64,000 nt of DNA from a virus. Under the pieces are notes generated by a model. That model did not search any database. It was not told the origin of the DNA and worked only from the letters and a program-made list of their open reading frames with translations. Shown here piece by piece: positions 38,268 through 47,426 of the stretch. Numbering within the stretch: the stretch's first letter is position 1; each line of letters starts with the position of its first letter. The DNA lies in IMG/VR virus record IMGVR_UViG_3300036760_000150, positions 32,001-96,000 of that record; one strand, written 5' to 3'. The position numbers and the translations under genes were made by a program.

Positions 38268-38859
38268 TACAAAGAAACCTAACTTCACCGAGAGAGAGTG
38301 GACCCTGTTGAGCACAGTGGCTGACACTGGAGTGAAGCCCATATCTCCCTCTCTCTCTGCAGAGATGCTGAACTTGTACATGGAGAGCTACTCTTGCGAG
38401 CAGATCGCCCATATGAACAAGGGGTTTGCCGAGGTAGATGTCCTGTACTGTCGTTACAAGTACGATTGGGATGGTCAAAGAGATCGGTATGCTAAGCAAT
38501 TGCAAGAGCAGGTTGTCCAGAAACTTGCTAAGCTGAAGATGGAGTCTATGGAGTTCTTGAGCAACATGTTGTCCATCCTTCATAAAGACGAACGAGAGAA
38601 GATGATCGCCTATCTACAATCTGGAAGAGAAGAAGACAGGCCTAAGATCTGGGCGACTAACATCACAACATACAAGTCTGTCATTGAGACCATACAGAAG
38701 CTCACTGGAGAGGATAAAATTCAGAAGCATGAAGTTAAAGCTGAGCACAGGATGATCGCATCACCAGAGCTTAAGAAGGCTATAACCAAGGATATCCAGA
38801 CCAGCCTGCTGAGGCAGCTGGTGACCGGTCCTGGTAAGGTTAAAGGTAAAGGTGAATGA
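38245..38859 (+). CDS. terminase small subunit (putative)
   Basis: HTH-like EQIA...KYDW; directly upstream of TerL. Confidence 0.55.
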   Translation: MGSLMLDDTKKPNFTEREWTLLSTVADTGVKPISPSLSAEMLNLYMESYSCEQIAHMNKGFAEVDVLYCRYKYDWDGQRDRYAKQLQEQVVQKLAKLKMESMEFLSNMLSILHKDEREKMIAYLQSGREEDRPKIWATNITTYKSVIETIQKLTGEDKIQKHEVKAEHRMIASPELKKAITKDIQTSLLRQLVTGPGKVKGKGE

Positions 38860-40765
38860 ACAGAATTTCATAGATATAAATGCTCTATCGCCCGATCAGC
38901 GCGATGAGATACTAAGAGCACTTGTTACCAAGCGTCTTACCACTCGTGAAGACCTTAGCATGTGGCTTTTGTTCTTCTTAGGCGTTGACCTTGCTGACTG
39001 TACGGTGTCTAGGTTTGCCACTTCAAATCCTTTGGATATGGTGTGGTCGATTTATCAATTTTGGGCAGATAAAACAGTCGAACACCCACTCTCCACCTTC
39101 TACATCGCCGGTCGAGCTTCTCAGAAAACACTATCTTGCGCAGTGCTTCAGGTTTTGTTGCCATTGCATTTTGGTGTTGGGGTTGTTCATTTCGGTGGCA
39201 CTAAAGATCAAGCAGGTCGAGCCTACGAGTACTTCAAGAAGTTCGTCAGTCGACCATACATACGGGGCTACCTCAAAGATGAGCCCACTCAGACTAAGAC
39301 TTTGTTCAACATAGCTGGAATAGATGAGGAGGTTGAGCATGCAAACGCATCGTTCAACGTAGCCGACAGTGAAGTTAAGATCCAGATATTGCCAATATCC
39401 TCCATGTCAGTACAGGGGCCACATGAACCAGTCGTCTCTCTTGATGAACTGTCCAGCCTCACTCCTGACAAGATCAGGGCATATGAAGACGTATCTGGCG
39501 TTCCTATCTCTAACCCTGTAGATGGTCATCCATGGGTTAAATTTGGCATTAGCTCTCGTAAAGGTAAGTACACCGTCATCGAGACTGAGTACGACAGGCG
39601 TGATAAGTCGGGTGTTATTTTTAAGTTCTGGACTGTGTTGGAGAATACCAAGGCATGTCCTGAATCTATCAGGACTAACATACCCCTTGAGATGTACGTA
39701 AATGTCTATGAGAATGTAGCGATACTGCAAGATGCTTACGATCAACTGGAACCTCTCAAGAAGTCACAGTATGAGAAGATACAGGCCTACAAGGGGTGTT
39801 ACACATGTCCCTTGAAGGCACTTTGCGCTGGCGATGCTGCTAAGCAGACGTCAACATGTAAGACTTTGAGGCCCATCACATCGACGATTCAGGAGTTTAA
39901 AGAGGCACCATCTCTTGAGTGGTTCTTGAGTCAGAAGATGTCTCTGACACCAGCTTCAGAAGGTCTGGTGTTGCCCAAGTTCAATCGTGAGAACTTTGAG
40001 AAGACTCCTCGTGAGATCTACAATATCTGGACTGGTACTGATCCTGGTAGGGAGATCACAAAGGAAGAACTTGTCGTTGAGATGATCAAGGCTGGCGTCA
40101 AGAGACATATGGGGCTTGATCATGGTTACTCGCATCCTGCTTCGTTTGTCGTGGTATTTCAAGATCCAGCCGACAACATCTACGTCATGAAAGTTATCAA
40201 GAGGGTTGGTTTGGAGCCTAACGAGGTTGTTGAGCTTGTTGCGAAGTTGAAGAACATATACCATTTAACTCGATGTCACCCTGACACGGCAAGACCTGAT
40301 GTCAACAAGATGTTGAGGAAAGTTATAAAAGTAGGTGATGATTTTGACAAAGACGTTGATAGGGGTATAACGTTGATTCGTGGCAAGATCTCCCCAACCG
40401 TTGGAAGTACTAAGTTCTTCGGTATCAAAGGTGAAGTTGAAGATTTGAGTTTTGAGCTTGAGAGGTATCACTATGATACTGACTCGGCTGGTAAGATCAC
40501 TGAAGAGGTGGTAAAGGAGCTGGATGATGCTATCGACGCGCTCTCCTACGATGCTCAGAACCAGTGGGGCAATAGTGCTGTGAACATACCTCCTGCAGAT
40601 GAAGTCAAGGGCAAAGAAGAGACGCGAGAACAGTACGCTGAGCAAGTTAAGGCTCAGATGAACAACTGGCTGTCCAGTCAGATCAGAGAGCATGTGGTAG
40701 AGCAGAAAGGTAGCGCTGGCAGCACTGGTCAATCGAAGAATTCTGGTGTGGTATGGGATTTCTGA
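38852..40765 (+). CDS. terL: terminase large subunit
   Basis: AGRASQKT, QA, QGPH..VVSLDE, GLDHG, DDAIDALSY. Confidence 0.85.
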   Translation: MNEQNFIDINALSPDQRDEILRALVTKRLTTREDLSMWLLFFLGVDLADCTVSRFATSNPLDMVWSIYQFWADKTVEHPLSTFYIAGRASQKTLSCAVLQVLLPLHFGVGVVHFGGTKDQAGRAYEYFKKFVSRPYIRGYLKDEPTQTKTLFNIAGIDEEVEHANASFNVADSEVKIQILPISSMSVQGPHEPVVSLDELSSLTPDKIRAYEDVSGVPISNPVDGHPWVKFGISSRKGKYTVIETEYDRRDKSGVIFKFWTVLENTKACPESIRTNIPLEMYVNVYENVAILQDAYDQLEPLKKSQYEKIQAYKGCYTCPLKALCAGDAAKQTSTCKTLRPITSTIQEFKEAPSLEWFLSQKMSLTPASEGLVLPKFNRENFEKTPREIYNIWTGTDPGREITKEELVVEMIKAGVKRHMGLDHGYSHPASFVVVFQDPADNIYVMKVIKRVGLEPNEVVELVAKLKNIYHLTRCHPDTARPDVNKMLRKVIKVGDDFDKDVDRGITLIRGKISPTVGSTKFFGIKGEVEDLSFELERYHYDTDSAGKITEEVVKELDDAIDALSYDAQNQWGNSAVNIPPADEVKGKEETREQYAEQVKAQMNNWLSSQIREHVVEQKGSAGSTGQSKNSGVVWDF

Positions 40766-40779
40766 GCAAGATCAGGGAT

Positions 40780-40803
40780 TTAGGTTAAAAGCTTAATTTT
40801 ATT
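40780..40803 (+). promoter_or_regulatory. putative late promoter
   Basis: TTAG-N8-CTTAATTTTA, shared with 44875, 55661, 63307. Confidence 0.65.
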
Positions 40804-40832
40804 AAGGACTTAGACATGAGGAGAAGTGTTAG

Positions 40833-41810
40833 ATGAGTACAAGTAACCTGAGGTTAGGCTGGACGGCGTACAATGATACAGCTCCCGGCAACAACCCATA
40901 CATCAAGATATTCGACCTCACATACAACCTATTGGGTGTTACATCTGCCAAACCTTTGGCTGAGAACCGTGTCATACCACCTGGCGCGACCGAGACCATA
41001 TTCGACGGCACGCGTATCACTTCCGTAGACGGTACCACTGCGTTTGATGTGACAAAACCTTACCTTGCGTTAAATACGTACAGGTTCATGCGAACTGCTG
41101 GCACACAACCTCAGTTCAGGACCAACAGAGCTATCGCTGTAGACAACACAACTGAGTTCACGGTCACAGTCAACGGTCCTATCGCAACTCTTACAAACTC
41201 AGCTGGTACTGCCCCAAACCTTGCCAGCGTCGTGGTTGGTGATGTACTACGCGTCGATCTATCTGCTGGGTTCTCGGCAAACAATCAAGGGACATTTGTA
41301 ATAATAGCCAAGACGTCTAACTCGTTGACTGTTAAGAATATATCGGCAGTTGGTGAGGTGGTTACATTGACCAACACAACAACCAACAGCTTCTTGGTGT
41401 ACAGCAACGGTGCTTTGGGTAACCAAGTGCAGGTCGGCGACAACGTCATCATATCGGCTGGTTTCAGTCAGGCTACATTCGGCACGTACACAGTGATCGA
41501 TGTCACCCCATTCTGGTTTGATGTAAATGTCGGTGCGCCGAACGGCCTTCCTCTTGAAGCAGGCATCATCACTGGATCGTCAGGTCTTGTGTTCTACAGC
41601 TCTGCCAAAAGATCTGTCATGGTGGCAGCTGAAGACCGCTGCTCTGTCAGGGTGAACGGCGATAACACAGACAACGCGTTGCTAGAGCCTAAGGAGATCG
41701 GTGATCCATCTAGGCCCGCTATATACTTCAAACATGGGACGGCCTACTCCCTTGTCATCCATAACTTGAGTTTGAGTCCACTCAACGTCGTAGTGGCTTC
41801 TGCAGAGTAA
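40833..41810 (+). CDS. virion structural protein (beta-rich)
   Basis: T/G/N/V-rich; GAGGAG SD; follows late motif. Confidence 0.65.
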   Translation: MSTSNLRLGWTAYNDTAPGNNPYIKIFDLTYNLLGVTSAKPLAENRVIPPGATETIFDGTRITSVDGTTAFDVTKPYLALNTYRFMRTAGTQPQFRTNRAIAVDNTTEFTVTVNGPIATLTNSAGTAPNLASVVVGDVLRVDLSAGFSANNQGTFVIIAKTSNSLTVKNISAVGEVVTLTNTTTNSFLVYSNGALGNQVQVGDNVIISAGFSQATFGTYTVIDVTPFWFDVNVGAPNGLPLEAGIITGSSGLVFYSSAKRSVMVAAEDRCSVRVNGDNTDNALLEPKEIGDPSRPAIYFKHGTAYSLVIHNLSLSPLNVVVASAE

Positions 41811-41816
41811 GGTGAT

Positions 41817-43793
41817 ATGAGCAACAAGAACGATACTTCTAAATCTGACAACATGTCACCCACCGACAAGAGATTCACCTCCATAGTCATGGAGAAGACT
41901 GACGTGTCGACTATGAAGGAAGATGTCTTATCACAGATCCTGCTCACCTTGAAGAAAACTCAGGACGAGGAAGTGGTCCGAGTTGCCTTTGAGGAAGATC
42001 CTACAAACAGAAGTAAGTACGCTGGGCTGTTCAAGAATCGTGGTAGTGGAATCCCCAACGAGATGCTTAAGAGAGTCAGAGACTCTGAGGAGCTGATCGG
42101 CGGAGTCATCATACCCACTCGTGCTAGACAGATCAGCCTGTTTGGTCATCCTCGTGCCAACAGATTTGATATAGGTACCACCATCAACCTGAAGCCTCAC
42201 GTCATGTCTCAGATGGATGTTCAGAAGGCAGAGGATTTAAAGAACAAAGAGATACCGAAGATCAGAGAGATGCTGATGAACTGTGGCATCAAGAAAGGTA
42301 TCACCGATCGTGAAAGACTCACGTTATCTGAGTGTATCTACGAGATCATAGAGGATGCATTGACGTTTGGTTACCTATCTATTGAGGTGCGACGCAACAC
42401 TGTTGATGAGTTCCACAGCTTCAGGCCCATAGACTCTGGCACAATCTACCAGTTTGCTACACCTGTAGGTAGCGAGTCTGAAGTTCAACGTATCAGAGCT
42501 GAAGCCAAAGAAGCGTTTAAGACTTTGACCGGGAAACCGTCTGAGCTTAACGTTAAGATCGACAAAGATGAGATCACTTGGGTTCAGGTGATAAACGGTC
42601 AAGCGAAGCAGGTGTTCACCGACAATGAACTGTTAGTTTACAACCTGTATCCTTCAACAGACATACGTCGTAACGGCTACGCATGCTCACCTATCGAGCG
42701 CATGTTGACCGCTGTCGTAACTCACATCAACATAACAAACCACAACAAATTGTTCTTCCTGAACGGTAGAGCTGCACGCAACGTCATGGTGTTTCAGTCT
42801 GAGAACTTAGACGTTGAAGACATCAAGAACATTCGTTCGCAGATGCAAGACCATATCAACTCTGCCAACGCCTCGTGGCGTATGCCAGTGTTTGGCGTCG
42901 GTCAGAACGACAAGATCGACGTGTTGCCACTTGATGGTGCTGGTCGAGACATGGAGTTTCAGTACCTGGCTGACCTTACCAAGCGTATGATCTTCGCTGC
43001 GTACCAGATGTCGCCTGATGAAGTTTCAGCTCTGTCGTACTTGTCGCGTGGCACAGGGTCACAGTCTCTTTCAGAGTCGAACAACGAGTATAAGCTTGAG
43101 GCTGCCAGAGATCTAGGTCTTCGTCCCATCTTGATGGCTATCGAGTCGTTCTTCAACGAACGTCTACTTCCTCAGATAAGCAAAGATTGGGCAGAGAACT
43201 TCTACATCAGCTTTGAAGGTCTCGACGCTGACAGCCCAGAGAAGGAAGCCACTCGCATCCAGCAGGACTCAGCCATCCACATGTCTATGAACGACATCAT
43301 GGACAGAGTCGAGAAGAAGAAAGTTCCACTTGGCGGCAGCTTCGTGCTCAACACGGCTTACATGACAGTGCTTGAGAAGTACTTCACCAAAGGTGAGATC
43401 TTAAGGGCGTTCGGTGGAGACAAGTTCAAAGACGCAGATGACGCCAAGAAGCACCCCGAGTGGGACTACTACATGGGCGACCCAGGTTCCCAGTGGTACA
43501 CGCAGGTGAAATACGGTCAGCAGCAGCAAACTCCTCCTGGAGGATCTGGAGGTGGACCACAGGACGGTGGACAACCAGGAGATCAGTCTGGCAGCACAGA
43601 GGATATGTCATCTATAGTTGATCAGCTTGGTCAGATGTTAAGCAAGGCCGAGAAAGATCTACCTAACGCTCGTAAGGAACTCTTGTCTAAGCACAAAGAC
43701 ATAAAGAACTCTATCTTGAAAGCTTGGGAACAAGAGTCTGACGCTATGTTCAAGCAGATCATCAACGCCATAGACGGCGGCGATGGACACTGA
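41817..43793 (+). CDS. portal protein
   Basis: D.LTFG...E, PIDSGTI, NGY..SPIE, FF.NG, DMEF...AYQMSPDE, GLRP. Confidence 0.88.
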   Translation: MSNKNDTSKSDNMSPTDKRFTSIVMEKTDVSTMKEDVLSQILLTLKKTQDEEVVRVAFEEDPTNRSKYAGLFKNRGSGIPNEMLKRVRDSEELIGGVIIPTRARQISLFGHPRANRFDIGTTINLKPHVMSQMDVQKAEDLKNKEIPKIREMLMNCGIKKGITDRERLTLSECIYEIIEDALTFGYLSIEVRRNTVDEFHSFRPIDSGTIYQFATPVGSESEVQRIRAEAKEAFKTLTGKPSELNVKIDKDEITWVQVINGQAKQVFTDNELLVYNLYPSTDIRRNGYACSPIERMLTAVVTHINITNHNKLFFLNGRAARNVMVFQSENLDVEDIKNIRSQMQDHINSANASWRMPVFGVGQNDKIDVLPLDGAGRDMEFQYLADLTKRMIFAAYQMSPDEVSALSYLSRGTGSQSLSESNNEYKLEAARDLGLRPILMAIESFFNERLLPQISKDWAENFYISFEGLDADSPEKEATRIQQDSAIHMSMNDIMDRVEKKKVPLGGSFVLNTAYMTVLEKYFTKGEILRAFGGDKFKDADDAKKHPEWDYYMGDPGSQWYTQVKYGQQQQTPPGGSGGGPQDGGQPGDQSGSTEDMSSIVDQLGQMLSKAEKDLPNARKELLSKHKDIKNSILKAWEQESDAMFKQIINAIDGGDGH

Positions 43794-43798
43794 CGCTT

Positions 43799-44611
43799 AT
43801 GCTGAACAAGAGTACTCGAAAACTTCTCGCTGACATCATCGCAAAGTCGTTCGACAAGTTCAAGGGGTCATTCGTAGGCCCATCTGCATCTTCTACCGGC
43901 TACCTATTTGCGCTAAGTGCTCACCCTACAAACAAGCGTGTGTCAGATGCATACGTGCACGCAAACGCGTCCTCTTCTCTTAGAGATACGATCGACAGGT
44001 CTACGATAGAGCGGATCGAAGCCACTGCAGCCAACTACGTCGATGCCTTGAAGCAGAAGGCCGTGTCAGACATACTGCGAACTGTTGAGGAGAACCTGGC
44101 AGAGGCTAAGAATAAAGGCATGCTTAAGGGTGTGTCTCCTCAGATGTTCTTGAGGTCTGAGGATGGTCGAGAGATCATGGACAAGATCAGAGACCAGTTG
44201 ATGGACCAGAAGAAGAAGATAGATCGAGGCATCGAGCTGATCGCAAACGTGGAGCTTCATAACGCACAGAACCATGGGGTAGCTGACGCCATCTTGGGTA
44301 TGGCCAAGTCCATCGGTGATGCTGACCCTACTGTGGCGAAGTTCGGTGTTGTCGACGACAAACTATGCAAGGACTGCAAGAGGCTGTGGCACACAGAAGA
44401 GAACATCAAAGTTCCTAAGGTCTACAAGATGAGCGAGTTGGCTGGCGACTCTGGCGATTGGAAGAGTAGAGTGGCATCAGTGTCGAGCACCCACCCTGCA
44501 TGTCGCCACGTTCTTACGTACATCTCAAAGGGCTTTGGGTTTGACAAAGCTGGCCGTCTTCGCTATGTCGGCAAAGACCATGACGAACACAAATCTCAAG
44601 GTGGAGCCTAA
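43799..44611 (+). CDS. MuF-like head morphogenesis protein
   Basis: IANVE...DKLCKDC...HPACRH; after portal. Confidence 0.7.
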   Translation: MLNKSTRKLLADIIAKSFDKFKGSFVGPSASSTGYLFALSAHPTNKRVSDAYVHANASSSLRDTIDRSTIERIEATAANYVDALKQKAVSDILRTVEENLAEAKNKGMLKGVSPQMFLRSEDGREIMDKIRDQLMDQKKKIDRGIELIANVELHNAQNHGVADAILGMAKSIGDADPTVAKFGVVDDKLCKDCKRLWHTEENIKVPKVYKMSELAGDSGDWKSRVASVSSTHPACRHVLTYISKGFGFDKAGRLRYVGKDHDEHKSQGGA

Positions 44612-44612
44612 A

Positions 44613-44729
44613 CTACCTGACAAGGTAGGCGAGTAAGGCGAACAAGATGCAGACATCTATGGCTCCAGCTATGTACCATGTGGCTTTGTAACTTCTTAAC
44701 TTCATTATAAAATATCTAAATCTGTTCAT
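44613..44729 (-). CDS. 38-aa single-TM peptide (not in ORF track)
   Basis: GGAAGGA SD; MNRFRYFIMKLRSYKATWYIAGAIDVCILFALLAYLVR. Confidence 0.55.
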   Translation of the reverse strand: MNRFRYFIMKLRSYKATWYIAGAIDVCILFALLAYLVR

Positions 44730-44874
44730 ATTTCCTTCCATGTTCAGTATCTTTGAACATCGATTTATCGCTGATCATCGATAGTTGATATGATACAAAA
44801 CTATCACATGTGACACAAGAGTTTTGTGACATCATTTGTGTAATCATACTGAAAAGATAAGATATTACAATAAC

Positions 44875-44898
44875 TTATATCAGAACCTTAATCTTAAT
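44875..44898 (+). promoter_or_regulatory. putative late promoter
   Basis: TTAT-N8-CTTAATCTTA. Confidence 0.55.
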
Positions 44899-45841
44899 GT
44901 ATATGGCAGCCTTAAAGAAGAACTTGATAGTTGAGGGAGTACTCACAGCCCAAGTACCTGACACGGCTGGTGAAGTCCTTGACATATCTGGCGCCGACAT
45001 AAGCGACCTTAAGACTGGTCGTAGCCCCGTCAACACTGAACATATCAACCCGGACGACATCAAGAAAGACAGTGACGACAACGGGTTCCAGTCTATCGTG
45101 GGCCGCGTGATTGACGCAAAAAAGATCTTCAGCGAAGAAGACTGTGACAGCCCTGATGAACTTAGGGCTTACAAGAACCTCAAAGTGCCTTTAATCTGGG
45201 GTAAGATCGAGATATTCGACAACGACAAGTCGCACGACAACGCTCGTGCTGCAGCCTCGATCATCAGGAACTACGCCGATGCAGGTGTCAAGCAGTTGCT
45301 TGGGTACTCTGTCGAAGGCAACACATTGAGAAGAGACGGAAATTTACTTAAAGAAACGGTGATCAAGAGGATCGCCTTGACAGCCAAGCCTGCTAACAAG
45401 GCAGCTGTCGTTCAGGTTGTGAAGGACCAGCCGCAATCTACCTCTGCTTCTATTACAAAGTCAACGAGTAGCATTGGCGGCTATGAGCCCCTCTTTAAAT
45501 CTGAGAACTTCATGAGCCACATGCGCGTGGTCAAGGATGACTACGGTCTGTCAGGCGCCATCTTCAAGTTGAAGAAAGCTCTGACGGCAGGTGGTTCAAA
45601 CGTACCCCCAGGCAACCTCACGAACGGGTCGGCGTTGCAGCCAGAGTCCCAGCTAGGAAAGCTAAAGAAACTGATCGGACGACAGAAGATCAGTAGGGAC
45701 CTTCTAAGACGCCATCTACCTAAGATCTCTGAGGAAGACCTGGACAAGGTCGAAGCTGTCCTGAAGGCAGAGCGTGAGGCTGTAGACCTCAAATCTGCGC
45801 AGGATACCTACGACCAGATAACTAAAGGTTTTAAACAATAA
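44897..45841 (+). CDS. prohead protease
   Basis: D..GEV, VNTEH (His), GYSVEG (Ser), IALT.KPAN. Confidence 0.85.
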   Translation: MYMAALKKNLIVEGVLTAQVPDTAGEVLDISGADISDLKTGRSPVNTEHINPDDIKKDSDDNGFQSIVGRVIDAKKIFSEEDCDSPDELRAYKNLKVPLIWGKIEIFDNDKSHDNARAAASIIRNYADAGVKQLLGYSVEGNTLRRDGNLLKETVIKRIALTAKPANKAAVVQVVKDQPQSTSASITKSTSSIGGYEPLFKSENFMSHMRVVKDDYGLSGAIFKLKKALTAGGSNVPPGNLTNGSALQPESQLGKLKKLIGRQKISRDLLRRHLPKISEEDLDKVEAVLKAEREAVDLKSAQDTYDQITKGFKQ

Positions 45842-45861
45842 ATGATAATGTTTCTGCCTAT

Positions 45862-45883
45862 TTAACAAGATAACTTAACATTA
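45862..45883 (+). promoter_or_regulatory. putative late promoter (variant)
   Basis: TTAA-N8-CTTAACATTA. Confidence 0.45.
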
Positions 45884-45958
45884 TGTCTTGTACACACGGC
45901 GGATGGCATGTTTCATCGTGCCCGTTCCCCCGCAAGACAAAACGATAAGGAGATGTAG

Positions 45959-46414
45959 ATGTCAGCACAAATCGCTAAATCCAGCACACTGATGCTTAAG
46001 TTGAAGGAAGAGCTTCGTCAGAAGCTGCCCTCATTCGTGCAAACAGACAACGTGGACAGCAACGGCTACCCCACCTTGCTCTTGAGCGCAGACTCCACAC
46101 CCGCTGCTGGTGAACAGAACATGTTCATCCGCATCACCACGATGTCTAGCCCCTTTGTCGACTCCATCGGACAGTCACAGTCGGTCTACGGCCCTCATGT
46201 GATCCAGTCTGTTGAAGAAGCCAGTACAATCTCTGGAGTCTCACTTTTGACTCTTGCCAACCGGTCGAAGATCGATTGGTGTATCACCCGCGCTGGATGC
46301 CAAGAAGAGAAGTACCTCAGAGCCAATGGGGCAGCCCCCGGCCTCTCTGATATCACTTCTGGTAACCTTGTGTCTAAAGTTGCGGACGCGTACTTCGCGC
46401 TCTCTCACCAGTAA
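45959..46414 (+). CDS. head structural protein
   Basis: AGGAG SD; in capsid operon. Confidence 0.65.
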   Translation: MSAQIAKSSTLMLKLKEELRQKLPSFVQTDNVDSNGYPTLLLSADSTPAAGEQNMFIRITTMSSPFVDSIGQSQSVYGPHVIQSVEEASTISGVSLLTLANRSKIDWCITRAGCQEEKYLRANGAAPGLSDITSGNLVSKVADAYFALSHQ

Positions 46415-46461
46415 GCAACTGGAGAAAAAAACGGTTACTTGTTGGAAAGAGAGGAGATGTT

Positions 46462-47415
46462 ATGGACCAAGACCTTAGTAAGTTAGTAGCAGAAGCGACA
46501 GAAGCACTCGACAGTCTTATCAAGTCTGAGAGAGAACGCTTCGACATCCTCCTGAAATCAGAAACGTCTGATAAGAAAGATGGCACCAAGCCGCTAGCTA
46601 AGAAAGAAGAGTCGTCCAAGGAGGAGTCTTCAAAATCCAAAGAAGAGTCATCCATGGCGAAGAAAGAGGAGTCTTCTAAGAAGGAAGAGTCTTCAAGATC
46701 CAAAGAAGAGTCTATGAAGAAAGATGACCCAGAAGGTTCGGGCTTTCAAAGCCCTGCCCCTGAGGCATCTTCAAAGCCTGAAGAGTCTAGCTCGCCTGAA
46801 GGGTCAAAGACCCCTGAGGCCTCTAGTTCTCCCGAAGCGTCTGGTGATGCTGGCGTCGATCATATCTCAGAGATGCTCTCTGGACTTGACGACGAGCAGT
46901 TGCAACACCTCTACATGTCGTTGAAGTCTGAGCTGATGTCTCGCATGAAGCCTGAAGATCAACCAGCTAAGCCCGACATGTCAAGTGCTCCGGCCCCTTC
47001 ACCTGCCGCACCATCGCCGTCGCCTGAACAACCAGGAATGGAGAAGATGTACATGGCAGAGAAGAAAGAAGTCGAGGAGAAGTTGTCGAAGTCTGAGGGT
47101 ACCCTTAAGAAAGCACAAGAAGAGAACGGTGCTCTTAAGAAGGCTCTTGAGAACGCGACTGACATGCTCGACAAGATCCTCAGCCGTCCCGTCAAGAAAG
47201 CCATCACCGACATCCGATTCGTGGAGAAGGGTGAGGAGCTTGCCAAGACAGACGACAAGATCAGCGACTCTGATCTGAAGAAGAAAGCCAACACCGTGTC
47301 TAAAGACATGGGTAAACTCAGCCAGTTATCTAAATCTGAACGTGAAACCCTTGTTGACTTCACCACCGGACGCTCAAAGGCTCGTGAAGAAGTTATCAAG
47401 ATCGTTAACAAGTAA
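46462..47415 (+). CDS. scaffold-like protein
   Basis: charged, low-complexity/coiled-coil; upstream of capsid gene; many LxK[SA] sites. Confidence 0.7.
   Translation: MDQDLSKLVAEATEALDSLIKSERERFDILLKSETSDKKDGTKPLAKKEESSKEESSKSKEESSMAKKEESSKKEESSRSKEESMKKDDPEGSGFQSPAPEASSKPEESSSPEGSKTPEASSSPEASGDAGVDHISEMLSGLDDEQLQHLYMSLKSELMSRMKPEDQPAKPDMSSAPAPSPAAPSPSPEQPGMEKMYMAEKKEVEEKLSKSEGTLKKAQEENGALKKALENATDMLDKILSRPVKKAITDIRFVEKGEELAKTDDKISDSDLKKKANTVSKDMGKLSQLSKSERETLVDFTTGRSKAREEVIKIVNK
46600..46840 (+). repeat. degenerate coding repeats (KEESS x6; PExS)
   Basis: aaagaagagtc-like units in scaffold gene. Confidence 0.7.
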
Positions 47416-47426
47416 AGGAGTGCAAA

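Noticed and set aside
44805-44850. CRP-like site (TGTGA half-sites)
   Set aside because: No correctly spaced TGTGA-N6-TCACA pair
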